A stretch of 63,791 nucleotides of DNA, filler included, from Octopus bimaculoides (lineage: Eukaryota): the NCBI RefSeq assembly GCF_001194135.2. It is 10 parts of 9 records of this genome, joined end to end, with 100 filler letters (N's around TTAATTAATTAA, not from the genome) between each part and the next. Parts side by side here need not be neighbours in the genome. Positions count along the whole stretch, not along the records: positions 32,692 to 39,478 come from NC_069002.1; positions 39,579 to 52,900 come from NC_069005.1; 8 more parts are not named here. The stretch is one strand, 5' to 3'. The position numbers and the translations under genes were made by a program. Below are positions 37,738 through 51,625 of the stretch, piece by piece. Each line of letters begins with the position of its first letter. Within the stretch, counting starts at the first letter, position 1. The notes below the pieces were generated by a model that saw only the letters and a program-made list of their open reading frames with translations, did no database searches and was not told the DNA's origin.

Positions 37738-38240
37738 NNNNNNNNNNNNNNNNNNNNNNNNNNNNNNNNNNNNNNNNNNNNNNNNNNNNNNNNNNNNNNN
37801 NNNNNNNNNNNNNNNNNNNNNNNNNNNNNNNNNNNNNNNNNNNNNNNNNNNNNNNNNNNNNNNNNNNNNNNNNNNNNNNNNNNNNNNNNNNNNNNNNNNN
37901 NNNNNNNNNNNNNNNNNNNNNNNNNNNNNNNNNNNNNNNNNNNNNNNNNNNNNNNNNNNNNNNNNNNNNNNNNNNNNNNNNNNNNNNNNNNNNNNNNNNN
38001 NNNNNNNCGTATCTTATTCACACTTTCCGATCCATTTTTACCACACTAACAGCGTCAGAAATTTTATTGGGTCTACGGAACACCGGAAAGCCGTTTATCC
38101 CCACGACAAGACGTAGTCTGCATTATTGGGTTTATCCGAATTGTATGGTATCAGATGTCTTATATGAAATAAAAATGGATAACGTTCTATCAATCTCTCT
38201 CTCTCTCTCTCTCTCTCAGTTATATATACATGAATGCGGA

Positions 38241-39157
38241 CGTAGCAGATAAAATCTAGCCTTCAACTGCATCTTTAGACCCTCTGTATCCACCACTCTG
38301 ATTGGTTGGTATTGGCACATTTTTGTCTCGTGTTCTATTTCGCGGCAGGGTGCAAACCAACCAATCGCAACCTTCTGATAAGGTCACGTGGAACAGTTTT
38401 CGGAATCTCTGTTTGAGCCGATTATTTCTCATAAATAACTAGCATGTCGGCGGTAAGTTTGTCACGGCCTTAGACCTTCTGAGGTCTAGCCGCTGAGCAC
38501 ACAGCACCAGCCAGTTCCAGCGACGACACACCACCGTTTAACTAAGTGTTTACTACAAGCTCCTTCATCTCGAGCGTCTACACCGACGTCTCAACGTACG
38601 CACGAAACCAGTAACGCTAACATATCTTTCTTCACGCTGTTTGTGTTAAATGCTTCACCAAGGTTGACAGCCATAATTCAACTTGCGAGAACTCCTGTAC
38701 CAAGTAACCGGCCACAACATTGAAGCCTCAGCATCTTACATGACATGTGTTTTACTTCGGCTCTGCCTTCAACACCACAACCTCTTGGTAGAGCACATCA
38801 ACTACTGTGTACCTTAGCTACGAACTGGTGTTTCTTATCCTTGTGTCGGACTTTCTTCTAACGTCCTTATTTATAGACCGTTTTCCATGCTTTGTGTACA
38901 CACACAGTTTGTTTACACGACAGCCTGTCTTATATTGTGTTTTATTATGTCGCATTCACTCTCACACAGAAATTCTTGTTGACAACCAATAAAGCCTTAC
39001 TTTTATACATTTGTTACCGGTTGAGTCTCTCTCTTTTCTTCTTGGCAATTAAATCTTGTATTTCATTCCATCTTTTGTTTTTATATTTGTGCCGACCGTG
39101 CAATGCGCTAAAAGAGTCATTCCTTCGTCACCATCTCCTGGTTGCACTGTCGCTACA
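38241..39157 (+). mobile_element. probable solo LTR
   Basis: About 900 bp free of microsatellites, ending GTCGCTACA and starting CGTAGCAG (a degenerate TGTAGC). Contains CCAAT/ATTGG boxes, CACGTG, a TATA-like CATAAATA and AATAAA near 38988. No TSD found. Confidence 0.5.
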
Positions 39158-39166
39158 TATCTATAT

Positions 39167-39395
39167 GATTGTGTGGTAAGAAGCTTGCATCCAAATGACA
39201 TGGTTCCAGGTTCACTCTTACTGCATGGCACCTTGAGCAAGTGTCTGCTACTATATTCTCAGGACGACCAAAGCCTTGTGAGTGGATTTGGTAGGTGGAA
39301 ACTGAAAGAAGCCCGTCATATATGCATATATGTGTGCGTGTGTTTGTGTGTGTGTGTTTGTGCCCCACCATTGCTTGGCAACCAATATTGGCGTA
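39167..39395 (+). mobile_element. SINE type B 5' portion
   Basis: GTGTGGTAAGAAGCTTGC..CACCTTGAGCAAGTGTC..GCCTTGTGAGTGGATTTGG..GAAACTGAAAGAAGCCCGTC. Confidence 0.85.
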
Positions 39396-39433
39396 TCTAT
39401 ATATATATATATGTGTGTGTGTGTATGTATATA

Positions 39434-39478
<45 letters not shown>

Positions 39479-39578
39479 NNNNNNNNNNNNNNNNNNNNNN
39501 NNNNNNNNNNNNNNNNNNNNNNTTAATTAATTAANNNNNNNNNNNNNNNNNNNNNNNNNNNNNNNNNNNNNNNNNNNN

Positions 39579-39609
<31 letters not shown>

Positions 39610-40493
39610 TGAAAAGAACTAGTCTACATCATCGAATATTGTCAGTGTCGCAGGTTTTTTCTCAGAGTTCTCCTCTCCTAGAGAGATGTTGTAACAACAG
39701 AGGTGTCGCCCATTACCAGTGGGCCAACCGCGCGTCAGGACACCAGCCCAGATATTTCCACATCCCCGCCCATACATACGTACATACACAAATACATACA
39801 TGCACATGGACACATTTTGTTGGATGCCTCATGTTGACTGCTCATCAGCTGATCCGCACTTTGACATTTCTTATTTTCGTCGCCCCAGGGTATCCAACAC
39901 ACTCACCAAGCTTGATAAGGTTGCCGGTTTAGTCGCCGACGACCCGACCATGTTTATGTTGTCCATGTTCTTAGAGTGGGATTGGATTTGTGCGAATCCT
40001 TACCCCCACTATAAAAAAAATCATCATGCACGCTTGAAAAAAACAATAAGGCCTATCACAAAAATGGCTGATTGCAGCTTTTGCATGTGTGCGACTTTGT
40101 ATCAGGCTATAGCAATACTCGAACATGAGTTTGCAGCCATCATATTTATATTATATTATATATATTTATATTATGTATATATATATATATATGTCTACCT
40201 ATACGTTTGTGTGTGTTGAAATATTATGACTGATTCGATTTAATCTGGAAAGTATTGCTGACAGTACGTAAACTTTAAAAGCTGTGTTTCAAGAAATCCA
40301 TAATTCCAGTGAGATTATATCTATCATAAACATCTCGAGATTTAATTTCGTTTTTGCTTTCATAGTTGTTGTGAGATTCAATACGGCAGAACGAATAGCA
40401 AATCTTGCCTCGTACAAAACAATTTTTAATTTCAGCTATGCCACCTGATATACATATTGCATTATTGTAAGCGACACACACACACACACACAC

Positions 40494-40537
<44 letters not shown>

Positions 40538-41297
40538 GTACGTATATATATATATGTATTTATATGTTTATATATATATGCGTATATATATATAGATATA
40601 TATATAAGCACACACACACCTATATATATATATAAATATACATATACATATGCATGTATGTATATGTAGATCTATATACATCATTTACTTATAAATGACG
40701 TCATGTCGCAAACAAATGAGAAGTATTAACATTTATTCATAATCCTTTTCATGTACTTGCCACCTGCGTGATGAAGGTAGGGATTTTACTGAGATAAATT
40801 ATAAAGATGGCGTAGGTTTGCGTGTTTTACAGTATCGAGTATAAGAAATCGCCGCGAGAAAAACAACGGTGTAAACATACAATGAGATATAGAAATTGAA
40901 AAAAAAAAAAACATACACTTACGTATACGGAAAACAACGTTAGACGAATCAAAACCCGCCTCCACAGTTTCAAGATGAGAATGGCTAACAAGAGTAAGAG
41001 CAAATACCTTTACTTCTGCCTACGAGTGAATATTGTAAAGGTGCGTGGAGTTGGGGGTTAAGGTACTGGAAATTCGAACGTTTAGTCGTAGTTTCAATTT
41101 TCAGAGACAGAAGTAGAATAGTTGAGGGTTTTCTCCCCCACGTTTTTGTAGTATGTTTAACTGAAGACGAAAATTAGTACCTTAGACATTTGTCCAACAG
41201 CGTCTCTTTCCAATCTCGACCTAAACATTTTGAACATCTAAATAAGCTATAGTATCATGAACGAGTAGGTGCAAAGTGTAAGAGACAAGTTTACACT

Positions 41298-41517
41298 GGT
41301 TTCAAATTGTGCCACAAGGTCGGCAATTTTGAGGGTAGGTGCTAAGTCGATTTGCATCTCCCCCTCCCCTATACTTAACTGGTACTTATTTTATCGACCC
41401 AGAAAAAATGAAAGGCAAGGTAGACCTCGCAAAATTTGAGCTCAGAACATAAAGACGGACGAAATTTCCGTAAAGCATTTTGCCCGGCGGCTAACGTTTC
41501 TGCCATTTCGCCACCTT
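41298..41517 (-). mobile_element. SINE type A
   Basis: GTTTCAAATT..GGTACTTATTTTATCGACCC..GAAAGGCAAGG..CTAACGTTTCTGCCA..CGCCACCTT. Confidence 0.8.
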
Positions 41518-41779
41518 TTAATATATTTCGTAACTAAATATTTTGCATCTTATTAAAACTATTTTGTTCGCACCATGTATCGAATGGTATACCAATGACC
41601 AACTCTTTTAACAAGGAAGTAGTCTGGTAATTTCGAGTTCTTTAACTCTTCTTTATGGTATGTCATGTGCGTTGTTTTGTATTCCCAATTCACTCATGAT
41701 GATATGATTTACGACCAAAGTCGCAAATCGTCGCGACTACGTAAATAATTACTGAAATTCAGCAGACAAAAATCAATTT

Positions 41780-41935
41780 TAAATTTTGGTACAAGTTTGG
41801 GGATGGATTTAAGTTGAGTACATCGACCCCAGTACCCAAATAATAGTTATTTTATGGACCCCGAGACGATAAAAGGCAAAGTCGATCTCTGCGGAATTTG
41901 AACTCAGAATGTAATGATGGACGAAATGCCGCAGT
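41780..41935 (-). mobile_element. SINE type A, partial
   Basis: ATCGACCCCAGT..AAAGGCAAAGTCGA..GGAATTTGAACTCAGAA. Confidence 0.7.
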
Positions 41936-42063
41936 CCGAAGACCAAGACAAATAAAATGTGAAACGTATAAAGATACGTGTATGACTATATTATACAGCG
42001 TTTCCAGTTTTAAGAATGTAAACTGAAACTCAAGAAATATTTAGCTGCTGCTATTAGAAGAGT

Positions 42064-42448
42064 GGAGGCGCAATATCCCAGTGATTAGGGCAGCGGACTC
42101 GCGGTCGTAGAATCACAGTTTCGATTCCCAGACCGGGCGTCGTGAGTGTTTATTGAGAGAAAACACCTAAAGCTCCACGAGGCTCCGGCAGGGGTTGGTG
42201 GCGAACCCTGCTGTACTCTTTCACCACAACTTTCTCTCACTCTTACTTCCTGTTTCTGTTGTTCCTGTAATTCAAAGGGTCAGCCTTTTCACACTCTGTG
42301 TCACGCTGAATCTCCCCCGAGAACTACGTTAAGGGTACACGTGTCTGTGGAGTTCTCAGCAACTTGCACGTTAATTTCACGAGCAGGCTGTTCCGTTGAT
42401 CGGATCAACTGGAACCCTCGACGTCGTAACCGACGGGATGCCAACAAC
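42064..42448 (+). mobile_element. tRNA-derived SINE type C, apparently full length
   Basis: GGAGGCGCAATATCCCAGTGATTAGGGCAGCGGACTCGCGGTCG..GTTTCGATTCCC head, a unique body, and an end in CAACAAC. A degenerate piece of its 3' part lies near 6180-6245. Confidence 0.75.
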
Positions 42449-42997
42449 ATTATTAGAAGATCGTACGACCACATAGATTTGTCGTTGCTACTGTTGTTGG
42501 TGATGTTTACGATGTATGATACTGATGGTGAAGTTGTTAGCAATTGTTGCTGTTGTTGTTGCTGCTGTAGCTACTGTTGCAGTTTTTGTTTTTGCTACCT
42601 TCAGTTCGACACTGGGCAAATCTATATAGGCAACCCGTGTTATTTATGTGGCGCAGGGAATACAAGATCACATTGGGAATATATAACGGCAATAACCACA
42701 ACTCCAACAGCAACAAAAAGACTACCACTCTGTGTGGTTCTTTGTCTTTCTTTTTCCCCGATTCTCTCTCCCTCCCTCCCTCCTTCCCTCCCTCCCTTCA
42801 CAATACTATGTTTTCTAACAATCACCCCTCAAGTGTGAGTCGCAAACATATCCGATTCTTTCTCCCGCTTCATTTTCGTCTCTCTCTGTATCTCATTCTC
42901 CACCGCATTGTCTGTCTGTCTCTCAAACAAACTTCTCTGTCTATCTCACTGTGTCTGTTTGTCGAGCAAGCTTCTCCTTTCGTCTCTCTCTATCCTC

Positions 42998-43049
<52 letters not shown>

Positions 43050-43426
43050 NNNNNNNNNNNNNNNNNNNNNNNNNNNNNNNNNNNNNNNNNNNNNNNNNNN
43101 NNNNNNNNNNNNNNNNNNNNNNNNNNNNNNNNNNNNNNNNNNNNNNNNNNNNNNNNNNNNNNNNNNNNNNNNNNNNNNNNNNNNNNNNNNNNNNNNNNNN
43201 NNNNNNNNNNNNNNNNNNNNNNNNNNNNNNNNNNNNNNNNNNNNNNNNNNNNNNNNNNNNNNNNNNNNNNNNNNNNNNNNNNNNNNNNNNNNNNNNNNNN
43301 NNNNNNNNNNNNNNNNNNNNNNNNNNNNNNNNNNNNNNNNNNNNTACACTCTCTCCATGGCAATTCTCTATCATTCTCTATATCGCCGTCTCTCAAGAGT
43401 CTTCTCTATCTCTCATCTCTCTTCTA

Positions 43427-43477
<51 letters not shown>

Positions 43478-44877
43478 CTCCTTCTCTCTCCCTTGTGCCC
43501 ACACATACACACTCACACACACGCACACATGCACACAAACCGAACGCTTCTCAACACAATATACACAGATTCAACCAGAATAATGTTTTCATACAAAACT
43601 AATTTATTTCTTACAAAAATCATATTTGTCTTCTTCTTCTTCTTCTTGTCATCGTCGTCGTCTTTGCTATTGTTGTTGTTGACTCGTTTCTTTTCGGGGT
43701 TATTTTATTTTTTTTCCTTTTGTCCCGTTTCTTTATATTTTTAATGAAAATAAATAATAAAAATGTATTTTCTTAATTTACTTTTAAAGATGTCGGCGGA
43801 AATGAGGTTTGAATTATTTCTATCGAGTAAAAGATACAGAATAATGATTACAATTATAATTACACACACACATATACATACGCACAACACACATACGCGC
43901 GCACACCCACACACACATACACACACACATACACACGCGCATACACACACACATATATGTACGGATGTATATATGTCCCAATCTAGCCATCTCTCTGTCA
44001 GTCTGTATATATATATATATATATATATATNNNNNNNNNNNNNNNNNNNNNNNNNNNNNNNNNNNNNNNNNNNNNNNNNNNNNNNNNNNNNNNNNNNNNN
44101 NNNNNNNNNNNNNNNNNNATATACGTAGACACATATGTTTATGTGAACTTAAAGTATAGTAACAATATAAGGAATTTCATTATTTAATTGATTACATAAT
44201 TGCTGTTTCTCTAATCATAATACCAATGAATTCTAATCAGAGTAAACTACTAATATAAGCAATATAACAGTATATATATATAAATACAACGAATAATTGT
44301 CTTGGTTTTTAAAACGCAGAAAAAATATTGTTCAGTGTGAAGGTCAGTGAACAATCATCAATTCTTAAAGGTTGAACGATATGGAAGACAAGAATACTGG
44401 GGGTATGGCGGACAAGACTTGTGGTTTGTGTCGGTTAAAGCTAATCGGTAACACATCGTTGATGAGCAGGGAAATAAAATACGGGAACTAGTTCACCATG
44501 ATGAATGAAATTATAACTCTTTGGATATTTGGATAATTGTCCTTGTTCTGAAAGAGAGAGGGAGAGAGAGAGAGACAGAGAGAGAGAGACAGAGAGAGAG
44601 AGACAGAGAGAGAGAGACAGAGAGAGAGAGANNNNNNNNNNNNNNNNNNNNNNNNNNNNNNNNNNNNNNNNNNNNNNNNNNNNNNNNNAGAGAGAAAGCG
44701 AGAAAGAAGCAGAGAGAAGCCAAATGCATCGTTGCTGAGGCCTCAAAATAATGAAGTCAAACCAAATATTATTTGCTTTGACTTCATTATTACACACACA
44801 CACACACACACGCACGCACACACAAATACATATATGTAGCGAGAGAGACAGACAGACAGAGACAGCGATACACATAT

Positions 44878-45015
44878 ATACAACGGGCTTCCATACAGTT
44901 TCTGTTTATCTAATTCGCTTACAAGGCATTGGTCGGCTCAGGGCTATACAGTAGAGGACGAGTTGCCCAAGAAGTCACGCAAACCGAACTTCTTAACCAC
45001 ACAACTATGCTTGTG
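44878..45015 (-). mobile_element. SINE type B 5' portion, degenerate
   Basis: ACAACGGGCTT..CAGTTTC..ACAAGGCATTGGTCGGC..GGCTATA..TTGCCCAAG..CTTCTTAACCACACA. Confidence 0.7.
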
Positions 45016-45026
45016 TCCATACATGT

Positions 45027-45255
45027 ATTCTTTTATTCTTTTATTATTTTATTTGCTTCAGTCATTTGACTGTGGCCATGCTGGAGCACCGCCTTTAGTC
45101 GAACAATTCGACCCCAGGTCTTATTCTTCGTAAGCTTAGTACTTATTCTATCGGACTCTTTTTGCCAAACCGCTATGTTACGGGGGCTTAAACACACCGA
45201 CATCGGTTGTCAAGCGATGGTGGGTAGAGACAAACACAGACACACAAACATATAC

Positions 45256-45292
<37 letters not shown>

Positions 45293-45336
45293 ACGGACCT
45301 CTTTCAGTTTCCGTCTACCAAATCCATTCACAAGAC
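45027..45336 (-). mobile_element. SINE type B 3' two-thirds with internal (TA)n
   Basis: TTCTTTTA..TTCAGTCATTTGACTGTGGCCATGCTGGAGCACCGCCTTTAGTCG..GTACTTATTCTATCGG..GTTGTCAAGCGATGG..(TA)n..CAGTTTCCGTCTACCAAATCC. Confidence 0.85.
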
Positions 45337-46226
45337 GGGATTGCCATGGCTGGAATGCCTTTTGAACTATGGTCTGGTCTGTCAGAGATTCCTTAGCGCT
45401 ACACATTAACAACACCATCTGCAATCCAATGAATCATCTTCGTGATTCACAGTTAAGAACATTCGCGAAGACACGAACGCACACTTACACACATATACCC
45501 ATAAACACATACACGCATGTACACAATGGCACACTAGCTCTGATCTCCTCTTTTTTTACTCATCTCTCCCCCAGTCTCTCTTTCTAATTCTCTCTCCCTC
45601 TGCATCTAACCTCTTTCTCTAACCCTCTCTCTCTCTTTATCTCTAGCTGTATATATATTTATTCTCCCTCTCTCTTTTCTTCTCTCTACATCTTCAAAAA
45701 ACAAAGCAAAAAAATGACTGACACGTTCGTTCAGTTAATTCCAGAATCCCCGTCCAAAGAGAACGGGGTCATGGCTTAAGCTACCTTGCTCACAGCTCTA
45801 TCTGCTCAAACAATAATGACTCTGAGGCAAAAGAACTACAGCAGCAACCAGTAAATGTATCTCAACATGGTCGCCCAGAAAGAGGTGGCTGCTAGAAACA
45901 GCAGCGAAATCTTTCCACAGATCACAATCAATTATATTTCCTAATGAAACCGAAAGCTAATGTTTACGTATATTAATCAATTAAGCTACTCCGGCAGCTA
46001 TTTCATTTCAATTTAGTTTACGACAGAGTAATACAATAAGTAATCTCGTTTTAATGTTCCTTCCCGTTTTAATTTAATTTAAACGCGCAAATGAAATTCG
46101 AATAGAATAATAACGTGACATAAAACAGATATAATGGCGAATATATAAGCAAATGTACGAGGAAATATTTCGTGCGTTCGAGTCAACCTCATTTATCTTT
46201 CCTATATAAAAAAGCTAATTGAAGAA

Positions 46227-46398
46227 TGGTGCTGCGTGGCTGTGAAGTAAGAAGCTTGCTTTCCAACCTTATGGTTCCGGATTCAATCCCACTGCATGGT
46301 TCCTTGAACCATTTGTCTTCTATTATAGCCTCGGACCGACGTAAGCCTTGTGAGTGGATTTGGTAGACGGAAACTAAAAGAAGCCCGTCGTACACACA
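46227..46398 (+). mobile_element. SINE type B 5' half
   Basis: GTGGCTGTGAAGTAAGAAGCTTGCTTTCCAACC..GGATTCAATCCCACTGC..GCCTTGTGAGTGGATTTGGTAGACGGAAAC. Confidence 0.85.
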
Positions 46399-47557
46399 CA
46401 TAATTATTGCATCGTAATATTTCATGAGAATAGAAAACCGTTTATAAGCAAGCGACAGAATTTAAACGATTAAAGTGTAAATTATCAATACAAAAATATA
46501 CTATAAGGATATATTAATATGCTAAGATATATTAAATACGTTGCTTATCAACGGTTTTCTGTTCACACGAACTATTACGAGGCAAGCTATTGCTTTAACC
46601 TTGGGTAGTTGGTAGATGCTTCTGAAGAGAAACAAGACCTTACTGGTTAAATTTCGAAATCACGTGATATAGCTTTGTCCTACTATTTCTTTTTGTGAGT
46701 TTATCTCACAAGGAGAAGATCATTTAGCTTGCTGTGCCCGCTTCCCGTAAATATGAGATTAGTGTTTTTTTGTGGCTTTTAAAGTGAATTTTGATTCTTA
46801 TTTGTAGCAATCGCTGGTGCTATTATTTATTAATTCCTGTTTGTTTTTTAATTGCTTCCGAGCCACTTATTCTGTAAGGTGTAAGAATAAAAGAATAATG
46901 ATTAAAAATGATTATCTGTAACATTGATTGTGCTTTTTAATCCTGGACCGGGCTGTGCATTGTGGTCTTGAGCTAAACGCTTCATTTCATATTGCTCAAG
47001 TCCACTCAGTTGGTAAAAATTAGTAACTGTAACGGACCGGAATGTCGTGAGCGTTATCATTTATACTCCATAGAAACGGATTCGAGACAGTACTTACTTC
47101 AGTTTGATAAATTACACAAAAGATTTGTCCAATTCGACCTGCTTTTAAACTCATATAGTTTTCCAAACGAGAACTCGAGCATCGACTCGATCTTGGAACC
47201 CTATGACAGTGAAGCGAAATTATTAACCACATGGTCACAGTTGTATACACTCGGTGGGGATCAGATGACATAACATATCACGTGTGAAACGGAAATATTA
47301 CATTTCCTCCTTCCTTCCTTTTGGGTCGATAAAATAAATATCTCTGTATTGTGAATTTTGTAATAACAATAATGTTTAGAAGTAATTTACTGTCAACGTA
47401 TTTAATGCAAAGAACATTAACAAAATGGCTAAATTAGTTTGTAAAGAGTTAAATATGAATAACGATGCATTAATCATTTATTACATATACTAATTAGCTT
47501 TTAGCATTAACATGCCATAAAATATTTTTGTTACTCTGAAAATTAAAACGTTGCTCT

Positions 47558-47562
47558 TACTG

Positions 47563-47612
<50 letters not shown>

Positions 47613-47634
47613 ACTACTACTACTACTACTACTG

Positions 47635-47666
<32 letters not shown>

Positions 47667-47727
47667 GCTACTACTACTACTACTACTGCTACTACTACTA
47701 CTACTACTACTACTGCTGCTGCTACCA
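47558..47727. repeat. (CTA)n/(CTG)n microsatellite
   Basis: Read directly. Confidence 0.95.
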
Positions 47728-48820
47728 TTACTTCTACAACACAAGTGATAATGGCGGTGCCATCTAAAAGTCGCAATATCCTCTTCTCGTTATCGAAGCT
47801 ATCCTATCTCCTACTGATATGGTTGTGAAGTTGAGAGCTTCGCTTCGCAACTGTCGTCTGCTTTCGGGTTCGATCCCACAGCGCAGCATATCAGATAAGA
47901 GTCTTTAAACCTAGGATTCACTTATAACTTTATTAGCGAAATCTGTTAAACAGAGAACCGGTTGAAGCCAGCTCATGCGTGAGTGTGTGTGTATGTGTGT
48001 GTATTCATGCATGTATGTATGTATTATGTATGTGCGTATGCAAGTGCGTGCGTGCGTGTGTGTGTGAGTATGTGCGTGCGTGTTTTGTGTATGTGTTTGT
48101 GTGTGCGTCGTGCGCCCATTTACTTACTGTAAATGTTTTTTCACGGCGGTTTGTTGTGGAGAAAAATCCTACCTATGAACAAAAAAAGCATTCTCTATGA
48201 ACAGGTAGATACATTTCAATATCTTTACCCTTTAGCCCTCCTCAGTACCTGATCCTAAGAACGGCAACTCTGGGCTAATTGGAAAATCTTTCGTTTCTTT
48301 ATAAAAAAATCAGTGGATATTATTTACTCACTGCGTGTTAACCATCAGGGTGAGACAAATATGTGGGTAAGTGTTATATTATACAAGGAACTACTGTCAC
48401 TTAATTCGAAATCACATGATTTTATCTCGAGACTTTTAAACGGTTTTATGTTGGTTTCTATTTATGCTTCTGTTATGGAATCTTCTAAGTGTTGTTAAAA
48501 TATGTTATAAACCAGCAGTGTTTGAATTTTTACCAATCCCAAAATATATAGTTTGAAATCTTCTGTTTCAAATATTTTGACGTTTAATACGTAAGACACG
48601 AATATTCTAGATTGGTGGGGGCTCAATTATATTATGTCCTGGAAACATAATGTAATTTTGTTTTTAATTTGGGACGTCCGTACTTTTTATTTTGGGAAAA
48701 AAATTGATTTTGTGAGAAAATTCATTCTCATACGTACCACATAATAAATTAATTTTTTGAAAGTAGAGAACATCATTCTTTATACAATAAATTTTTGTTA
48801 AATTTATTAAAAGACACCGT

Positions 48821-49198
48821 TGGCAGTTGGGTAAGAAGTTTGCTTCCCAATCCCGTGGTTTCCAGTTCCGTCTCACTTCTGTCCAAATTCACGGTACCTT
48901 GAGAAAATATTCTCTGCCTATAGCCCTCGGGTGACTAATGCTTTATGAAAGCAAAAGATCAAGAGAGACTGTGTACAAGCGCGTCGTTCATATATGTGTG
49001 TGTTAGGGTTTGTCCCCCGCTTGACAACCGGTGCTTGTTTGTTCATGTCCGTGTAGGTTAGAGGTTCAGCAAAAGCGACCGTCACAATAGTACAGATTTA
49101 ACGGCAAATACTAAGCTCAGTTTGTTCGACTAAAACCTTTAAGGCGCTACCACGGCATGGCGGTAGTCCAATGACTGAAACAAGTAAAAGATAAAAGG
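48821..49198 (+). mobile_element. SINE type B, near full length, diverged
   Basis: GGTAAGAAGTTTGCTTCCCAA head through GCTTGACAACCGG and CAATGACTGAAACAAGTAAAAGATAAAAG. Confidence 0.75.
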
Positions 49199-51524
49199 AC
49201 ATAAATCACATCGAACCCTGCAGTTTTTCCACAAAACCCAAAGGCCCCGCGGCGTCTTGCGCCAGAAACACTGTACAGTTGTCTCTGACCTACAGTTCGG
49301 AAAGAAATGCTTTCCTTAACTCTGAAAAAATAGATCAGAAAATCTAAAATTATTGCATTAAAATGACATAATTATAAAAAAAAAAAACTTTGAGCAATGC
49401 AAAATATGAGAATAAATGCAAACAGAGGAAAAGGTATGGGAAAACTAAATTCAAAATATTCCAAAAATAGTGATCCGGATTCACTGTATGACAACACTTT
49501 GATTATTTGCATTTAAGTCCCCTACTTCTGACGGCCGGTCTTTCGTTGCTACCATTCTTATTTCTCTCTACCTGAGGATCTCAAGCACCTCATGTTACTG
49601 TCACTGGATCCGATCTCTCGCAAGGTGTATCGCCTAATCTAGCTTTCGTTGGTTGTTTTACTTTGCTCATTGTTCATGGTCTGTCATGTAGCAAAGCTTG
49701 TCATCTGCGTTTAATACTATTTTGTTATTTAAGATATTGTTAATGTATTTCGTAACTATCCTAATTGTTGACTGTCCTTTTTGTACGTACTGATTTCTCT
49801 GCTGTATCTATGTTGTGTATTCTTCAGCATTTGTCCGCTTCACCTGATGTTTTTGTATCAGTCTTTTGTAAACGGCCCACGATAATTAGTACCAAGAAAA
49901 TGCATTACTTACGATCAGTTGACGTCTCAGGTGCAGATGTCTCTCCTTGCATTCTTCGTAAGCCATTCTCTTTGTCGCAGCCGTTATTGTTATCGGCTTC
50001 GTGTGAATAGAGGGGAGAGACAGACGGACAGAGAGACATGCAGGCAGGGAGGGAGCCCATTATTATATGTCTGTTCAATTGGAAATTAATATAAGAACAG
50101 CTACATCTACAGCGAAACAAACAACATGGAAATCAAACATATACACAAAAGAAAATATAATTTGTCTCTTAAAAGCGATGGACAGCGAAATGAAAAACAC
50201 AACTGAAGAAAATAAAGGAGAGACAAACACTGGAAAAGGCAGAAGAAGAAAAGCAGGAAAGATGTGCATCCAAGGTAAAACATCTTTGTTAAATCATAAG
50301 AAAATCTATGCCATCGCTTCTTAGATCAAAGAGGCCGATTCCAATTCAAACTGATTTTATCAGAAATCACGTCAAATAAAAAAATAAATAAAGCACAGAA
50401 ACTACTGTAACGCCAACAATAAGGCAATTAGAAGATCTGAGGAGACGGTGGGGGCGGGCAAGTTGAGGATGAACTGTGGTGGACAATAATAATACAAAAA
50501 ATATTAAAAAGTGAAAGAGCAATAGAAGAATACTTCTCAGATGAAATAATAGCTCAAGAAAAACCCGAAGTGCTACAGAATGAAAACAAATAGAAAGTAA
50601 CAGGAAGTGATACACTACCGTTCTTCGATCTTCTGGCCAAGTCTTATAAGAATCTAAAAAGTAATTGCAATGATATTCAACTATTCAACAATGTACGGAA
50701 ACCACGACAGACCCCAGAATCTGTTGTTATGGGTAAAGAAAATAATCCTTATCCATAATATAGAAAAGAACTGAATCAAATAAATTTATTTTCAGCCTGG
50801 CTGCCTGCAAGAAACGAGACCAGAATATCAATCTTGTCACATGTTTCTGAACGTGAGGCTTTAGCCATTAGATCGATCTGGGGCCCAGAGAGACACGGAG
50901 CAGCCCGTTACGATCCGCCGAGGCTCATGTCTGAAACTTCCGCACACCTTTAATTTTGAGAGTTCTCTACGTCCTGCGTCCTCCGAAATAATTCCTGTTC
51001 CACCTGCCAAATTTCATTGGAGAGCCCCGATTTTCGCAAAGGATAAATTAATCAATGTTGACCTCGAAAAAACTAAATACTTACTGACGAACGGAATTGC
51101 TATCGCAAAGATAATGAATAGTTAATAGGATTTGATGATAATTAATAAAAGGGTTTGTAAAAAGAGAAATAAAGGTTTAAACACTGAAGGCTTTTGGTTT
51201 TGATTATAGGAAACCATTTGAAGCTGATCATCAACACACCAGATCTAGAAACATTAGTAATTAATGAGTAAAGTAGCATCGATAACAATGAGCCTCATCA
51301 TATATGCCATGATTAAATGGAAACCGATTGAATAGATCTAAACAAAAGAGAGAATTGTAACACAAACGCAACAATTCCTCGCAGAAAATTAATATTTTAT
51401 ATATATATTCTATTTCCCTTACGGTTATCTGTAATACTCACAAATTTAATCAAATTTCTAAAGCAGATTGGACTGGATTGGGATGAAAATTCTATGGGAG
51501 AACAATCAATACGACAGTCACTTG

Positions 51525-51625
51525 CATAGGTCTGTGGTTAAGAATTTTGCTTCAAAAACACGTGGTTACCAGTTCCATTCTACTGCAAGACACTTTGGGC
51601 AACTGTTTTCTACTCTAGCTCAAGG
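51525..51625 (+). mobile_element. SINE type B head, diverged
   Basis: GTGGTTAAGAATTTTGCTTC..CACTTTGGGCAACTG. Confidence 0.55.

Noticed and set aside
25171-42130. tRNA genes at the A/B-box heads (25171, 33400, 42064)
   Set aside because: The heads continue into SINE bodies and lack a complete cloverleaf acceptor stem, so they are treated as SINEs.
49500-51050. Unique-looking purine-rich segment with short ORFs (e.g. 50067-50324)
   Set aside because: There are no recognisable motifs and many stops. It may be an old LINE remnant but cannot be assigned without a search.
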